A DNA stretch of 63,316 bases, the filler included, from Reticulomyxa filosa (Eukaryota > Protista > Foraminifera): assembly GCA_000512085.1 (NCBI GenBank). It is 15 parts of 15 records of this genome, joined end to end, with 100 filler letters (N's around TTAATTAATTAA, not from the genome) between each part and the next. Parts side by side here need not be neighbours in the genome. Positions count along the whole stretch, not along the records: positions 58,273 to 63,316 come from ASPP01034846.1; 14 more parts are not named here. One strand, 5' to 3'. The position numbers and the translations under genes were made by a program. Below are positions 61,530-63,316 of this stretch, in pieces. Within the stretch, counting starts at the first letter, position 1; every line of letters starts with the position of its first letter. The notes under the pieces are model-generated. The model was not told the DNA's origin. It searched no databases and saw nothing but the letters and a program-made list of their open reading frames with translations.

Positions 61530-63316
61530 CTAATTTAATGAACAATTCATCAAACTCATCATCACCAATATTTGTTGGTAATGTAATTGGGACACGTCGT
61601 TAGCGAGAAGCACGCTTGGTTGCATCAATGTAACAAATGCTGTAGAAATATTGAAATGGTGTGAAGAAGCCATGACAGAGAACAAGATACTCCCTACACA
61701 TGAAATTGTTGTGTTAAAATTATTCCACAGATCAGGGGATTCTTTGATAGTCAGTAAAGATTTACCAAACACCATCAATCCTCTCTCTTGACAGTCCATA
61801 TGATGGATTAATTCAGGCGTCACTGTGAGATTGGATGCATTCATGTGGGAAGTAACATAATCAATTCTTCTCAATAGCCAATATATTTTTGAGAGGTGCT
61901 TGTGTCTATCTACTTTTTTACCAACAAATAAGCAATGCATAATCAGGAATATTGACCAAACACACATATATTTAAATATAGACTCCAAACTTTCAAAATC
62001 AATTGATTTGGAGTGGCACAGTGTTTCAACACATTAATCAAAGTTTCATGTGAACACTGCAAGGAAAAGGACGAAGAAAGATGGCAAGGGTTTTAATTTC
62101 TTTTCAATCTGTCCTCTCGATAACTGTGTCACTTTATATATAATTTTTTTTGTCTTTGATCAAGTGTATCAACACCATGCAAAGGGCATGTTTCAGTGGC
62201 CAACAACTTAATCTATGTGTCTTCTTTATCCATTACCGTCCATCTAGATCATTCGTTTTTATACGTTTGTCGGGGGTGTTGATCTGATCGATCCCACAAA
62301 CACAACCTCGCCAATATCGCCTGCGTCGAGAATGACTCTATCACCTGCTTTCACGGCCAGGGTTTTTTGCGTCGCAGGTGGCACATTCGAGGGGGGCGTC
62401 GTGCTCGACTCGCATGTCTGACCACATCGCCCATTTTCGATTTTCGACGATGTGGATAGTTGAGTTCAAAAGCCTTTGTCAAATCTTGCCATTGGCCCAA
62501 TTCGATGTCGGAGCGCAAGGATATCTTTTACGGACTGAGGATTTGCTTATGTCGCTGCAGTTGAATTTGTGATTGCTCCAAGTAAGCTGCTATATGGTTA
62601 ATGAGTTCGACAATTTCGACGATTTCGGAGAGTTTTGTAAAATACCATCCAGTAAAAAGATCGTTGTCATTGTGTTCATTGGGAGTCTATGAGTTCTTTT
62701 CGATACCAATCATTTCAGGATTCGTCGCTCACATGATTTTTTCCTGCTTCTTCTTCTTTGAACAATAATTCTGCGTCTGACTTGGAACACTGACTGTCGT
62801 CCCTTTTGAAATAGTATTTGTCCATCAAATGTTCCACACGTGTCCAACTCCATTCCAATAAAGGAGGGTCACTCGAGTCTGTGACCAATACATTTGACAA
62901 TACTGGTGCCCATGGAATTGGCCGAAAAGTCATCTAACACGAGTCCGACTCATGCGTCTTTGGCAAACTCTGTGGTGAAATACTCTTTGATATCTACATT
63001 CTAATCACCTCCATTTTTCAATCCAATAATATCGTAGTATTTGATTACTTGAGACCAATGGATAAATGCTCCTCTATTGGAATTTACATCCTTTGAATAT
63101 TCCGACTGTAGCATTGGCGTCCCACTTGTTCAGTTTCACTCCAAGAGAGTCTTTGTTGATCCTTTCTCAATTCGATCAAAGATCCCATGTAGTGAACGAT
63201 CACAAATTCGCAATTCGATTGCATATCGCTGCATACAAGATTAATTCGGATAATTGCAGGAACACTTTGTCAATTTTTTTCATCGTCAGCCATGTCTCGT
63301 CGAAAACTTGCCTTTG
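61530..63316 (-). pseudogene. Degenerate coding remnant of unknown family
   Basis: Exon-like composition with protein-like fragments (FRPIPWAPVLSNVLV..LEWSWTRVEHLMDKYYF) interrupted by stops and frameshifts. Confidence 0.3.

Noticed and set aside
58273-63316. Stop-codon reassignment as an explanation for the interrupted frames
   Set aside because: Long intact genes elsewhere read cleanly in the standard code and end in TAA or TGA. These regions also contain frameshifts, consistent with pseudogenes.

Overview
This window is not one continuous locus. It is 15 short eukaryotic contigs joined by 14 artificial 100-bp spacers (N44-TTAATTAATTAA-N44), so no linkage across spacers can be inferred. 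The DNA is AT-rich, uses the standard code and has short GT-AG introns. The expanded WD40 family signature and the many pseudogenes suggest the foraminiferan Reticulomyxa filosa or a relative (inference). Recognisable genes: an EF-hand/coiled-coil gene, a CFAP52-like WD40 gene, a bacterial-type VOC/glyoxalase, two WD40 family members, an RNF213-like E3 C-terminus, a zeta-toxin-family P-loop kinase with a mitochondrial-type presequence, an Aa_trans transporter, an alpha/beta hydrolase end and an SH3 protein start. There is also a rearranged non-LTR retrotransposon relic and several ankyrin-like pseudogenes. The standout is a giant gene at 14393-23307 (>2,800 aa, open at both ends) with spliceosomal introns. 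Its N-terminal ~1,000 aa resemble the filamentous-haemagglutinin beta-helix of bacterial two-partner-secretion exoproteins (FhaB/CdiA/ShlA), followed by an 18-aa repeat array and ~1,600 aa of helical sequence. Domain calls are by-eye motif recognition; no searches were run.
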